This document shows positions 10,161 through 20,839 of a stretch of 34,883 nt of DNA, piece after piece. The notes under the pieces are model-generated. The model had not been told where the DNA came from. It saw only the letters and a list, made by a program, of their open reading frames with translations, and did not search any database. The stretch spans positions 30,051,298 through 30,086,180 of the forward strand of contig NC_068996.1 in NCBI RefSeq assembly GCF_001194135.2. Reading direction: 5' to 3'. The stretch's first letter is position 1; each line of letters starts with the position of its first letter. The DNA comes from Octopus bimaculoides. Its lineage: Eukaryota. Made by a program: the position numbers and the translations under genes.

Positions 10161-10400
10161 CCTTGCTTCTCCTCATTCCATTATTTTTTCCTTCTTCCTT
10201 CTCACACTGTTTCTCCTACCATGTTTCTCCTACCATGTTTCTCCTACCACTGTTTCTCCTTCATATATGAAGCTCACATGGTCCTGCATGTTTTTGTTGT
10301 TTTTTAACTTAGAGTATGTAAAACTCTGCTGTCTCATTAATTTCTCTCCTTTCAACTTTTCCTCTGAAGAAGGGCTTTGTCCAAAATGTTGGATTTTCCA
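10161..10400 (+). repeat. Inverted copy of the PLE terminal region (inverted pseudo-LTR) with internal TGTTTCTCCTACCA tandem repeats and a decayed hammerhead-like core
   Basis: 10161-10310 aligns with the reverse complement of about 10020-10148. CTGAAGA-aGGGCtttGTCC-aAAAtgtt lies at 10364-10390. Confidence 0.7.
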
Positions 10401-11439
10401 CTCCTCATGGCAAGTTCACAGTGCTCTTTTTATTAATTTTATTACATAATGTAAGTCTTGCTGATATAAAACAACATTGGCCTTATTGGAGTCTGTCTGT
10501 TTCATTATATCATATATAGATACAGAATATGGAGGTTTATTTCACTGGTGATCTAAACGACTAGGTACACTGGGTAAGTGCTGTAATGGGTTATCAGGGC
10601 TCCAAGCTCATAACTAAGATGGGAGCTATGGAACCATTTTAGGTTTCTGATATAGCAGATATATGTTTGTAAAAGAGGACAACAAACGCCAAGGCATAAC
10701 AAGCATCTCAAGTAATAAGAATAATAATGTATATGACTTGAGATGCTTGTTATCCTCTTTCACAAATATATGTAGATATATATATATGAAAACAGAACAG
10801 CATATATTTCATCCTCCTTTGTGTGCTACCAGTTCTCCATCTCCTTAGAACCACTTTCATTGTTAACCCACATTTCAATATCATCTCTTAACATTTTATT
10901 TTCCAATGAAAGCCCATTCATATATTTGTTGGCCACTCACTATATCCACTGCTATGTACCTCTGACCTTCATTTTTTCACTGTGCATCCCTCTCTTACCC
11001 TTCAGTTTGCATCATCTCTTTAGTTCTCATTTATGGTCCTATTATACTGTTACCCTCCTCTGCCACATCCCCAAGATGTACAGTTACTTATCACTTCCTC
11101 TTCTCTGACCCACTCTCCCTCCAAACTGTAGTTCATGATTGGCCATGTTCACTGTTCATTGTATCCTCATCTCTAAACATGTCACTCTCTTCACACTCTC
11201 ACAAATTTTCCCATCTTACCATCCTCATATCTTTGTCCATATTTTATCATATATCTATCTTCCTGTACCTTGAGGGTATACTCTGACACCCATCTCCACC
11301 ATCATTTTTTCTTTGTAGCTGGGGTAGCCATGTATCGTCTCTGTAGCAAGACACGTCTTCTTGTTCCTCCATTATATTTTAACCTCTCAACACCTGGCAT
11401 AAACCATCTCCCTCAATTCTGCATTCCCATTCAGCCAAG

Positions 11440-11745
11440 GTGTCTTGTCTCACAAGTTACTTGGTGACTTTACTAGTGCTAGTACTACAAAAAAAGCAAA
11501 AATAAAAAAAAAGCACACAGTACACACTCTAAAGTAGTTGACATTAGAAGGGATATAGAAACCATGCCAAAACAGACATTGGTGCTGAATACAACCCTGT
11601 TAAATGGTTGGCATTAATAAGGGCATCTGGCTGTAGAAACCATGTCAAAACTGACACTGGAGCTTGATGTAGTCCTGCAACTTGCTGTCAAACCACCCAA
11701 CCTATGTCAGCTAGGATAATGGATATTAGATGACAATAATGAAGA
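11440..11745 (+). mobile_element. RTE-type LINE 3' tail (or RTE-tailed SINE) fragment with a partial internal duplication
   Basis: ggttggcattaataagggcatctggctgtagaaaccatgtcaaaac...aaaccacccaacctatgtcagc is homologous to the tails at 17954-18120, 19385-19622 and 24890-25050. Confidence 0.75.
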
Positions 11746-11772
11746 AATGATGTTTGTATATAAATATATTCA

Positions 11773-11852
11773 TCAGCAGGTGACGTTACTTGGATACACT
11801 ACTCGGGTATCACTCTATCCTCATCAGTGAGTATTGTAACTTTGATCATCAC
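11773..11852 (-). ncRNA. Candidate box C/D snoRNA-like element (unverified; alternatively a decayed tandem hammerhead unit)
   Basis: GTGATGA (11852-11846), 18 nt, CTGA (11827-11824), then CTGA (11776-11773), spanning 80 nt. Terminal stem is weak and no target was identified. Confidence 0.35.
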
Positions 11853-12299
11853 TTGGGTATCATTTTGACAATTCCAGATATATTTAAATTTTATTTGACT
11901 TTCTCACGATTTTTAGCAAAAAACAAACAGGTAAAAAATTAGTGATTCTTACATCATTTCTTTGACGTACACAGTAAGAGTAATTTTTTCCTGAGGAAAT
12001 GTAATAAAATTTAAACATGTCTGAAATTATCTCCCGTACATACTAAAAATAACTAAAGTGAAAGTAGTCTGAGCTATCATTCTCAGCGCATAAGTATTTC
12101 TAATTAGATTTACAATGCTTACAGCTGTTGTTTTTCATACAGAAGTCTTTTCAGTAATTACTCTCTCAGCAATAATTCCACTCTCTAAGCTTTCAGAGGA
12201 CACCACAAAATTTCTCACACGTAAGCATATTGCATATAAAGGATTTGGCCATAAAGCAGTTTCACTAGCTCTCCATTAAGTTCTGCTTAAAAACATCAA

Positions 12300-12700
12300 A
12301 GGTGGAGTTAAAGAATATGCACACCATCCGTTTTCAGCACAACAAAAACAGTAACCCTAACGCTAAACCCAAACCCCGGGTGTGCGTATTCTTTACCTTT
12401 GCCAACATCAAATACATTTGTTACAATAAAAAAAAACGAATAGTAAAATATCGGCAATTATATAATATTAGCACCACTAAAGAAAAACGTATCACGTGAT
12501 ATAGTCGGTCGTTGGAGGGATAAGAAATGTAATTTGATTGGTTATTATATTAAAATGGCGCTTGTAGACTAATATAAATAGTCCAGTTCGTCCGTAGAAC
12601 AATTAGGTTGCTCATTAAAAAAAGCTGAAAATTACGAATTGTCGTGTATCCTAACAAAAATATGGATAAAAAAAGGATCAGTTTTGTGAGTAGTCATTGT
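12300..12700. promoter_or_regulatory. Putative CpG-retaining, possibly bidirectional RNA Pol II promoter
   Basis: TATCACGTGATA E-box palindrome at 12490-12501, reverse CCAAT (TGATTGG) at 12535-12541, YY1-like AAAATGGCG at 12552-12560, and many intact CpGs relative to the flanks. Divergent donor-like sites: GTGAGT at 12686 (+) and GTAAAG at 12396 (-). Confidence 0.55.
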
Positions 12701-13989
12701 AACATAGAAATATTTTAACTTTTTGAAATGAAATCATTCATTTATGATTCGCATATTTTCTCCTTTTCATATATCGTTTGTTTCTTACGATAAACGCATA
12801 GATATTAACGTTAATATTTATTGTGCCGCTCCTACTTTTTGAGATTTACAGTAGCTACAAAGTAGGGTTTATATTACATGAAAAATCACAATTATCTTAC
12901 TATTACGTTGTATTAACCAAATTCTTAATCATTTGTTCCGTATCTGTTTTGTACACTTTTCACATTGTCTTTATTTACATCTTAATATTGAACATCGACA
13001 TCAACCAAATACTTCTATATCCTTATAAATTGCACACAGACAGATGCACAGTTACATTAAACATGTGTATTATGCATGTATAATTTAGTTTCAACTGTAA
13101 ATAAAGAACACGCAATAATTAGACACGTTTCACTTTCAATTGTGAAAAAAAAAAAGGCAAAACTGTTATTGTTTATACTTAAGACTGGTTCACCCTTTTA
13201 TATTATGTATACAACTATTACATCTGGATATTTACAGCCTTTGTGACACTTGATAATTAACATCTTTGTGAAGATGTTTACCTGACACATTTTCTTAATA
13301 GGGGTGGGATAAATTTTGTTGCATACATACATAGATACATTCACAGTCACCCACGCACACACACACTTTATGTGTCAGATGGCATTCCTATAGAAATGAA
13401 TCGGAAAATTAGTGCGCGAAAAAAACAAACAAAACGAAAAGAAAAACGAGAATTACTTCAGATTTATGCGGGTTATAAAACTCTGTAGATTACGATTTAA
13501 AATTGTTGAGAGGAACAGAATTTTGTCTGCCAAAACTTTACTTAAATTTCTCAATTTGAAATGATTTTCAGATTTAAGTTTTGAATATCTCAAATTATTA
13601 ATTTTCAAATATATTGCGTAACGTTTTTAAAGCATAAAACAGAAAAAAAAATCTCCGAAAAATTTTGGAGGTGAAAAATTACGAACAACGAGGAAGCGAC
13701 ACTTCAAACAAAATGTTTTTTTTATGCCAAATCATAATTTAGAATGATTAATAACAAACTTTTTCTGGTTGTCAGTGGCTGTGGCCATGTTGGAAATAAC
13801 GTGATTGCTAGAATATTTCAAACCCTTTACTGTCTCACTTTTCACTGAAGCAGTGCGTTAGATAAAGCTGCCCTTGTTTCTGTGTCTTTCCAATATGTGG
13901 TTTCATGTCGTATCTCAGATATAAATTTGTTTAAATATTCTTTTAACACATCCGAGCCTTTGAACCCTAAGCTGTTACAATATTGGGCA

Positions 13990-14050
13990 CTTGCTCTTGA
14001 CGGAAAGGGCGGGGTCTTTGGTACCATGCAGTTCAGTGATTGGTATAACT
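13990..14050. promoter_or_regulatory. Possible second proximal-promoter cluster (GC box plus CCAAT box)
   Basis: GGGCGGGG at 14007-14014 and GATTGG at 14038-14043, in unique sequence. Confidence 0.3.
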
Positions 14051-14080
14051 TTCAATCCTAGTTAGACGCTTGACCCCACC

Positions 14081-14132
14081 ATGTATGTATGTATGACGTA
14101 CATACATCATACATACATACATACATACATAC
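14081..14132. repeat. Head-to-head (ATGT)n/(ACAT)n microsatellite
   Basis: atgtatgtatgtatg-acgt-acatacat...catacatacatacata. Confidence 0.85.
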
Positions 14133-17087
14133 AGCATTGATGGTGATACCCTTGCAATTGTGATCTAGAAACTCCAGGATGGAAAAGTTTCTGGAAGAGA
14201 CTTGATTATTGGATATTGGTACAAGGAGCTCACCTTCTACCAACTATATCTTATCAATCTGTACCAGCAAGCTCTCAATGGGAACAGTAGCATACCACAC
14301 TGGTTAGCTCTGACAGAGACAAAATTAATCCCCAAATGCAGAACAACCCACATGGCAAAAAAACTACTGGCCAATTGCATGCCAGAACTTAATGTATAAG
14401 ATATATACAACATGCTTAAACCTCTTCCTTGAGGACCATTGTGAAACCAATAACATCTATGTCTTTATTTCCCACAGATGGCTAAACATAGATGGGACAA
14501 ACCAGGAATTAAGTCGATTACATCGACCCCAGTGTGTAACTGGTACTTATTTAATCGACCCTGAAAGGATGAAAGGCTAAGTTGGCCTCGGAAGAATTTG
14601 AACTTAGAATGTAGTGGCAGACAAAATACCACTAAGCATTTCACCTGGCGTGCTAACGTTTCTTATTTCTTTATTGCCCACAAGGGGCTAAACATAGAGG
14701 GGACAAACAAGGACACACAAAGGGATTAAGTCAATTACATCGACTCCAGTGCATAACTGGTACTTAATTTATCGACCCCGAAAGGGTGAAAAGCAAAGTT
14801 GAACTCAGAACGTAACGGCAGACAAAATACCGTTAAACATTTTGCCTGATGTGCTTACGTTTCTGCCAGCTTGCCGCCTTAACATCGTCACAGCAGAACA
14901 AGTAGCTAGGTAGAAAGGAGTCTGAGGATGTGCTAAGCAATTGTTAATCAACAAAACTGTGATGTCAGAGGTGCGAGAGCATAACAGGAACCTAGTTTCA
15001 ATGTGGGTAGACTACAAGAAAATCTTTGGCTGTTCCCCACTCATGGATGGTAGAAGACCTTCAACTTGCTAAAGTTCCAGTGAGCTAGCCATAGCTGACC
15101 TAACTTCATTGTGGGTCACCATCTTGAAATTAAACACAAAGAGTGACTGTATTATCACCGATAGAATACAGTATCGCATAGGCATGCTTATTCCGAAGGG
15201 ACAGCCTCTCTGTGATGTTTATACTTTCTGTGAACCCCTTGTCATTCATGTTAAGGGAGTCTGAAGGATATCTCATTTGTTCACAAGGAAACAGAAATAA
15301 CAAAATTACACACTGTTTCTTTGTGGATGATTTGAAACTTTATGCAAAGAATATACACAAGATGAAAATGAGCCTTGACCTAGTTATACCATTCTCAAAG
15401 GATGTAGGGTTGGAGTTTGATGAGGATAAATGTTGTTATATGGTTGTGAAAAAGGGGAAAACTGTAAACCAGACTAGCAACATCTCCATCAATGACTTGA
15501 CTGTTTCTTCTATATCTGATGAAGAATGCTACAGGTATCTATGGTGGATGAAAACATATCTTGCAATGGCACCTGTAATGAAACACTTACCACTAAAGAA
15601 TATTACAGCTGAATAAAGAAAATTTGAACCTCAGAACTCTCTGCATTCAATAAAACAGTGGCCTACAATGTGTTTGCAGTGTCAGTACTCATATCAACAT
15701 TTGGACTGCTTGATGAGATCCAAGCCATTGATGTGAAAACCTGGAGAATATAACAAGCACATGTAATTTCCACATAAGCAGTGACGTAGTAGACTGCCTC
15801 TGCTTAAAATGAAAACAAAGCGGCAGAGGCTTAATATTGATCCAAAATGCCTTTGAATGTTGTATCATATCCTTTCAGCAACATCTTTTAACCACCGAAT
15901 GTTGAAGTGCATCCCTTGACTAAGTTTGCATACATGAGATTGATAACATCATATGACTTGGATGGCAGCTCCTTGGGCAGCATTCCTTGTCTGATAGTCT
16001 TAAATACATGCCCAAAGAAGTTGCACGTCTCTACCACAATGTATCATCAGCTGAAAGGATGAGCATATATGAGCAGAAAACTATGCATGGATATATTAAT
16101 AGAAAGCTCTGAGGTGATAGTAACATTGATCATCAAAGCAGTCTATCATGGACCAGTAACCAAATTACTGCCTCCCACTTTGAAGGGTATGCATTTGTGA
16201 GCCAGAAACAAGAAATATCAACCAAATACCTGATGCATAAAAGAGATAGAGATGCAGGAAAAGCAGTAAAATGTGACAACTGATGCAGACTTTGTGGAGT
16301 TAGCACTGAAGATATCACCTACATCATAAGCAATTGTCTGAAAATGTCACCACAGTATTATCTATGGATGAGACATGATGATGTAGCTAGGACACTCTAT
16401 AATGAAATCCATCAGAAGGATAACCCCATGGAGGAAGAAATAAGACTGCATAATATGGTAGAAGTCATAGCCACTCAATAAAAAGGAGTACTGGTGGAAT
16501 GTCCCAGTCAAAACCTCAATAAACTGTAAGCACAATGATTTGGGATAGGCAAGAGAAACTGTGTACAGTTGTGGAAATTAGCTGCCCAGAGGATGTTAAC
16601 ATTATTATACTGAAGATCAGTGAAAAAAAGAATACCTACACTGAATTATTGAGAAATCTGCAGTTACTTTATCCAGATTTCAAGTTCAGGTTTATACCTG
16701 TAATTATTGGGGCCCTGAGATATGCAACACACTGCCTAAAGTACTAATGTTGAGAAATTAGCCTTCTCAAAACTAGAACAGAGAAAGCTGATTTGAAGAC
16801 TACAGATCCAATCCATCACTAAAACTAAAAATCTGTAAAACTTTCCAGAAGTTTATGATTTAAATATATATGTGCACGATTAAATATGCAACTATACACA
16901 TGAGAATATATACATAAAACAAAACATACAAATCTGCACATATACACATGTGTGCGTGCACACACACACACAGACACATACACCCTGTGTTGTTAATGTT
17001 GTAATTCCAATGAAGGAGTGTTGTATCTAGGTTAGGAACCAGCTCTTTTTCTATTGGCAAGAAATCTTGAAATAAAACTGAATAACG
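14133..17087 (+). mobile_element. R4/Dong-like non-LTR retrotransposon (RT + CCHC + restriction-like endonuclease), 5'-truncated and decayed
   Basis: Pieces read GRDLIIGYWYKEL, TKLIPK, MYKIYTTCLN, EQ...GCAKQLLINKTV..WVDYKK, FILSVNPLSF..THCFFVDDLKLYAK..FSKDVGLEF..DKC, CRLCGVSTEDITYIISNC..RHDDVAR and IWDRQEKLCTVVEISCP..FIPVIIGAL, followed by a 3' UTR ending in AATAAA. Confidence 0.88.
14458..14879 (-). mobile_element. Head-to-tail dimer of a tRNA-derived SINE inserted into the R4/Dong RT
   Basis: Two homologous units (about 14461-14662 and 14663-14879), with the head reading aggcggcaagctggcagaaacg on the minus strand. TAACATC is duplicated at 14451-14457 and 14880-14886, and the LINE frame (ETNNI | VTAEQ) rejoins across it. 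Confidence 0.88.
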
Positions 17088-17953
17088 ACATACATATCCT
17101 CTCTCTCTCTCTAGGGAGTAGAGCCTCTTGCAGTAGCTCTTTTGTTGTATGGAGGTAACCCTCTTGGTGTAGTGACTTTGGATTACCTCAAGCAGAACAT
17201 TGTGGTAACCAAATCTCAGGCGACTGAGAACAAATGTTTTTTATAAGTGAAACATGAATTCAACTAGCCACTTGTCTGCACATTGTTGTTATTATAGTAA
17301 TCTGTATACAGAATGATACATCTTAACTCATGTGGATACCCAGACAGTGATTTTGGTCCTGTGTATTCCGATTGCAATCTGTTTGCGAGCCAATAGCATT
17401 GGACTGAATGTTGTTCTCTTCAGCCCACTTGTATATTACTTTCAGATCTTCCTGTAGTTTTGAGTTACCATCAAGATCCTTGATTGTTGGTGAAGTTATA
17501 GTATTGCCAGCATAGCTGGTGAGAGTGACTGGGGGCATATTTGAGAGAGAGAGAGAGAGAGCCACTATAAACAGTAGTGGCCCCAGTACAATTTCCTGAT
17601 AATTGATGTCTCCTTAGAGACAACACCTTTGGTTGTGACTGAGTCCTACCTGTCAAGCAGCCTCTCCCTGAGTTCTCCAACTATATCAAAATCACACAGT
17701 TTGTGACATTTTATGCTCAACTTTATTGAAAACCTTGGCAAAGTTGAGATAATATCACATCCAAATTTAAATGGTTGAGCAGTTGTTTTAGTATCCAGTC
17801 ATGGTTGCTGTATAAGGCAGCTCCTTTGTGGAGGGAAGCTATGCTGCATGCTAGTGAGCAAGCTATTTTCTAGGAACTTGATCAGATTCCTTCTGACAAT
17901 GTGTTCCATGACTTTTTTCATATGTGCGGTAAGAGCATATGCTCTGTTTCCTC

Positions 17954-18592
17954 TTATCATCATCATCATCATTTAACGTCTGTTGTCCATGCTGGCATGG
18001 GTTGGATGGTTTGACCAGGATTAGCAAGCTGGAGAATTGCACCAGGCTCCAGTCTGATTTGGTATAGTTTCCACGACTGGATGCCCTTCCTAATGCCAAC
18101 CACTTCACAGAGTATGCTGGGTACTTTTACGTAGCACTGCATAGGTGCTTTTATGTGGCATCGCATGGGTGCTTTTAAATAGCACCAGCATGAGTGCTTT
18201 CTATGTGGCACTAGCACAGGACTCTTGCAGGCCAATCCTCTCCACCAGGGGAACCAGCCTTAGCACTCCTGCTGTGGAGCATGGGTCTTCTTGAGTACCA
18301 GTAGGCGCCAGGCATCTAGGTCCTTTGTCATCTGGCTTGAAAGGTTCAGCATTCTGAAGTGATTCTTCAATACTTCATCCCAAGTCTTTCTGGGTCTCCC
18401 ACTTCCACGTATTCCGTTAACTTAGAGTGATTGGCACTTTATGGAGCTATCGGCATCATTTGCATCACATGACCAAACCAGTGCAGTCTTCTCTCTTGTA
18501 CACTGCATCCAATTCCTCTTATGCCTAACTTCTCTTACACATCCAGTGGAGCATACTAGCTTCATTCCTCTCTAACCTTCACATGTACTCCG
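17954..18592 (-). mobile_element. RTE LINE 3' end (RT C-terminus, 3' UTR and (GAT)n tail)
   Basis: RLERNEASMLHWMC..EKLGIRGIGCSVQERRLHWFGHVM. The 3' UTR has four 24-25-nt repeats and the tail reads gttaaatgatgatgatgat. Confidence 0.9.
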
Positions 18593-18770
18593 CATAATTT
18601 TTTTTTAACATTTTGAGAAGTTTGCCACATGCAAAGAAACTTTGGAAAGTATCTGCAGTGGCTTTGCAAGAGCTTTCTTGTTTGTCTTCAGAAGAGTAAC
18701 TAGCAAACCAATAGGGGCCCATTGCTGAATTTTAGTTCATCTCATCTGTGGCTGATATTGCCTCCTTTTC

Positions 18771-18990
18771 TAAGTTGGTAGGCTGGCAGACTCATTAACA
18801 TGCTGGGAAAAATCTTAATGATATTTCATCTGCCTTTTTGTTCTGAGATCAAATTTCGCCAAGGTTGACTTTGCCTTTTATCCTTTTGGGGTCAATAAAA
18901 TAAGTATCAGTTGAGCTCTGGGGTCAATGTTATCAACTTAATCCTCCCCTGAAATTACTGGCCTGGTGTCAAAATTTGAAACTGATATTA
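18771..18990 (+). mobile_element. tRNA-derived SINE related to the 14458-14879 units
   Basis: ggctggcagac...gttctgagatcaaatttcgccaaggttgactttgccttttatccttttggggtcaataaaataagtatcag. Confidence 0.8.
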
Positions 18991-19384
18991 TATCCTCTTC
19001 TTTTATGTCAGTGTAATTGATGATTGTCTCTTTCCCATGTAGATATGTAGTGTGAAGGCTTGCTTATTAGCATATCTCCCAGTGGGGATGTGAAAACACT
19101 TTCCTCACAGGGCTTGCAGTCAGTAAACCATTTTCTTCAAACTGAGGCCTTATCATGTAGCATACGAAAGCAAATTATTTTGCAAATTTATAAAAGGCTT
19201 TAGGGTTCATTTTTATAATTTTAACAGTGCTGCTTTCTATTTTACCCCTCTTTTTTATGGTAATTTTTTTTAAGGAGGGACTTATGCTTGAGAAGACATC
19301 AAGCTAAGTGAAATCATGATTGTCCTTGCAGACAGGTATGTCACCTGCATTCCACTCCAGCTGAGCATTCCTAATTTTGCAGGC

Positions 19385-19622
19385 TTGTGGGTGCAGGTGC
19401 CATGTGAAGAGCACCTGTACTGGTGCTGTGTAAAAGCACTTGTGCCAGTGCTGTGTAAAAGCACACAATACGCTCTGTAAAGTGGCTGGTATTAGGAAGG
19501 GCTTCCAGCTGTAGAAACTGTGCCAAAACAAATATGGAGCCTGGGTAGCTCTTCTGCTGGCCAGTTCCTATCAAACCATCCAACCGATGCCAGCACGGAA
19601 AACATGTTAAATGATGATGATG
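19385..19622 (+). mobile_element. RTE LINE 3' UTR/tail fragment
   Basis: gtgctgtgtaaaagcac repeats, then ctctgtaaagtggctggtattaggaagggc...ccatccaaccgatgccagcacgg..gttaaatgatgatgat. Confidence 0.82.
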
Positions 19623-20277
19623 GACTTCTCACTATCATTAAGTTTATTTAAATGATTTGAGACCTTTTTCTGTGTCTCATAAGGACTCTCCTGTCTCAGT
19701 GGATAATATTTTCCTGTATATTGGTTCTTCTCTCTCTGACAATTTTAATATATATGGCATATATTATTAACAGAAATTCTTTGAATTTCATATCACAATC
19801 TTGTACAGAGAGACTTTAAGGCCAATTTTGTTTGAGGATCTGCTTTCCAATTGACTTCTAGTTAGCCTTATAGAAATTCAAACTGGATAGGGTTTGGATG
19901 TTTCCTTTGTTGTATACATCTTTAAGTAGTTTTGGGCCATACATTGTTACTTCTAGAATGTTGTGGTCTGAGAAAATCATGGGTGGCACCTTTACATTTT
20001 GGATGAGTTATATGTTATAGGTTGAAATAGAGGCCGAAGATGTTCCTGACTAGGAGTAGTATTGTTTGTTTCATGAGATCAATTAAGAATTCTGCTTGAT
20101 TCTGTTTTTGTATGTTATTCCTGAAATTATATTGCTCTCAGGTCATTTGGTGTTGGAGAAGTTGAAATTGTCCATCAGAGGTATATTTTATTGATCTAGT
20201 TTTGTTAGGACTTCTTTTATTATTTTAAGCTTTCCTTCAAATTTATCAACATGTTTTATGGCATAAGGTGAATGGTA

Positions 20278-20830
20278 TATGAGGTGGTATCAAAAAGTTC
20301 CTGGGGTAGTTATGTTTGATAAAAAATTACTTATTTGCCTAAGTTTTAACATCATCTACTTCGAAATAGTTGCCATGTGCAGCAATACACTGGTCCCAGC
20401 ATTCCTGCCACTTTTGGAATCTGGTCTGGAAGTCATTTTCTGTAAGTAAGTTGAGGACCTTTGGTGATTCACTCCTGATCTTGACAATGGTGTTAAAATG
20501 GCGACCTTTGAGTTGCATTTTCAGTTTGGGGACGAGATAGAAGTCTGCAGGTGCTAAATCTGGCAAATAGGGTGAGCATGGAAGTGATACCATATTGTTT
20601 TTGGTGAAAAACTCACAAGTGAAGAGAGCTTGGTGACAGGGTGCATTGTTGTTGTGAAGAATCCAATTCTTCATACTTTTGCTGAATGTCCTCCCTTAAA
20701 TGCTTCAAAATGTCATTGATCGTCTTCCAATGATCCTCATGCACAAGCTGATGAATTTTGTCCACATTTCCAGTGGTGACACTCATGGCAGGTCTTCCAG
20801 ATCACTCATCGTCTTCCAAGTTGTATGTAC
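20278..20830 (-). mobile_element. mariner (DD34D) transposon relic with an internal deletion and one TIR
   Basis: ORF 20339-20674 reads WILHNNNAPCH..SPYLPDLAPADF..LKGRHF..WDQCIAAHGNYFE. Upstream is EDDE*SGRP. A TIR-like TA-tgaggtggtatcaaaaagttcc lies at 20278. Confidence 0.9.
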
Positions 20831-20839
20831 TGAGGAGAG

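Larger units (their letters stand above)
17330..20270 (-). mobile_element. CR1/L2-group LINE ORF2 relic (AP endonuclease, linker, RT) interrupted by three later inserts
   Basis: Collinear minus-strand motifs: DNFNFS..NIFGLYF..FSDHNIL (about 20200-19950), IKMNPKAFYKFAK (about 19230), AIDEM..NSAMGP (about 18750), KVMEHIVRRNLIKFLE..QH (about 17900), FAKVFNKVEH (about 17740), VLGPLL (about 17580) and LQEDLKVIYKWAEENN (about 17440). Confidence 0.82.
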
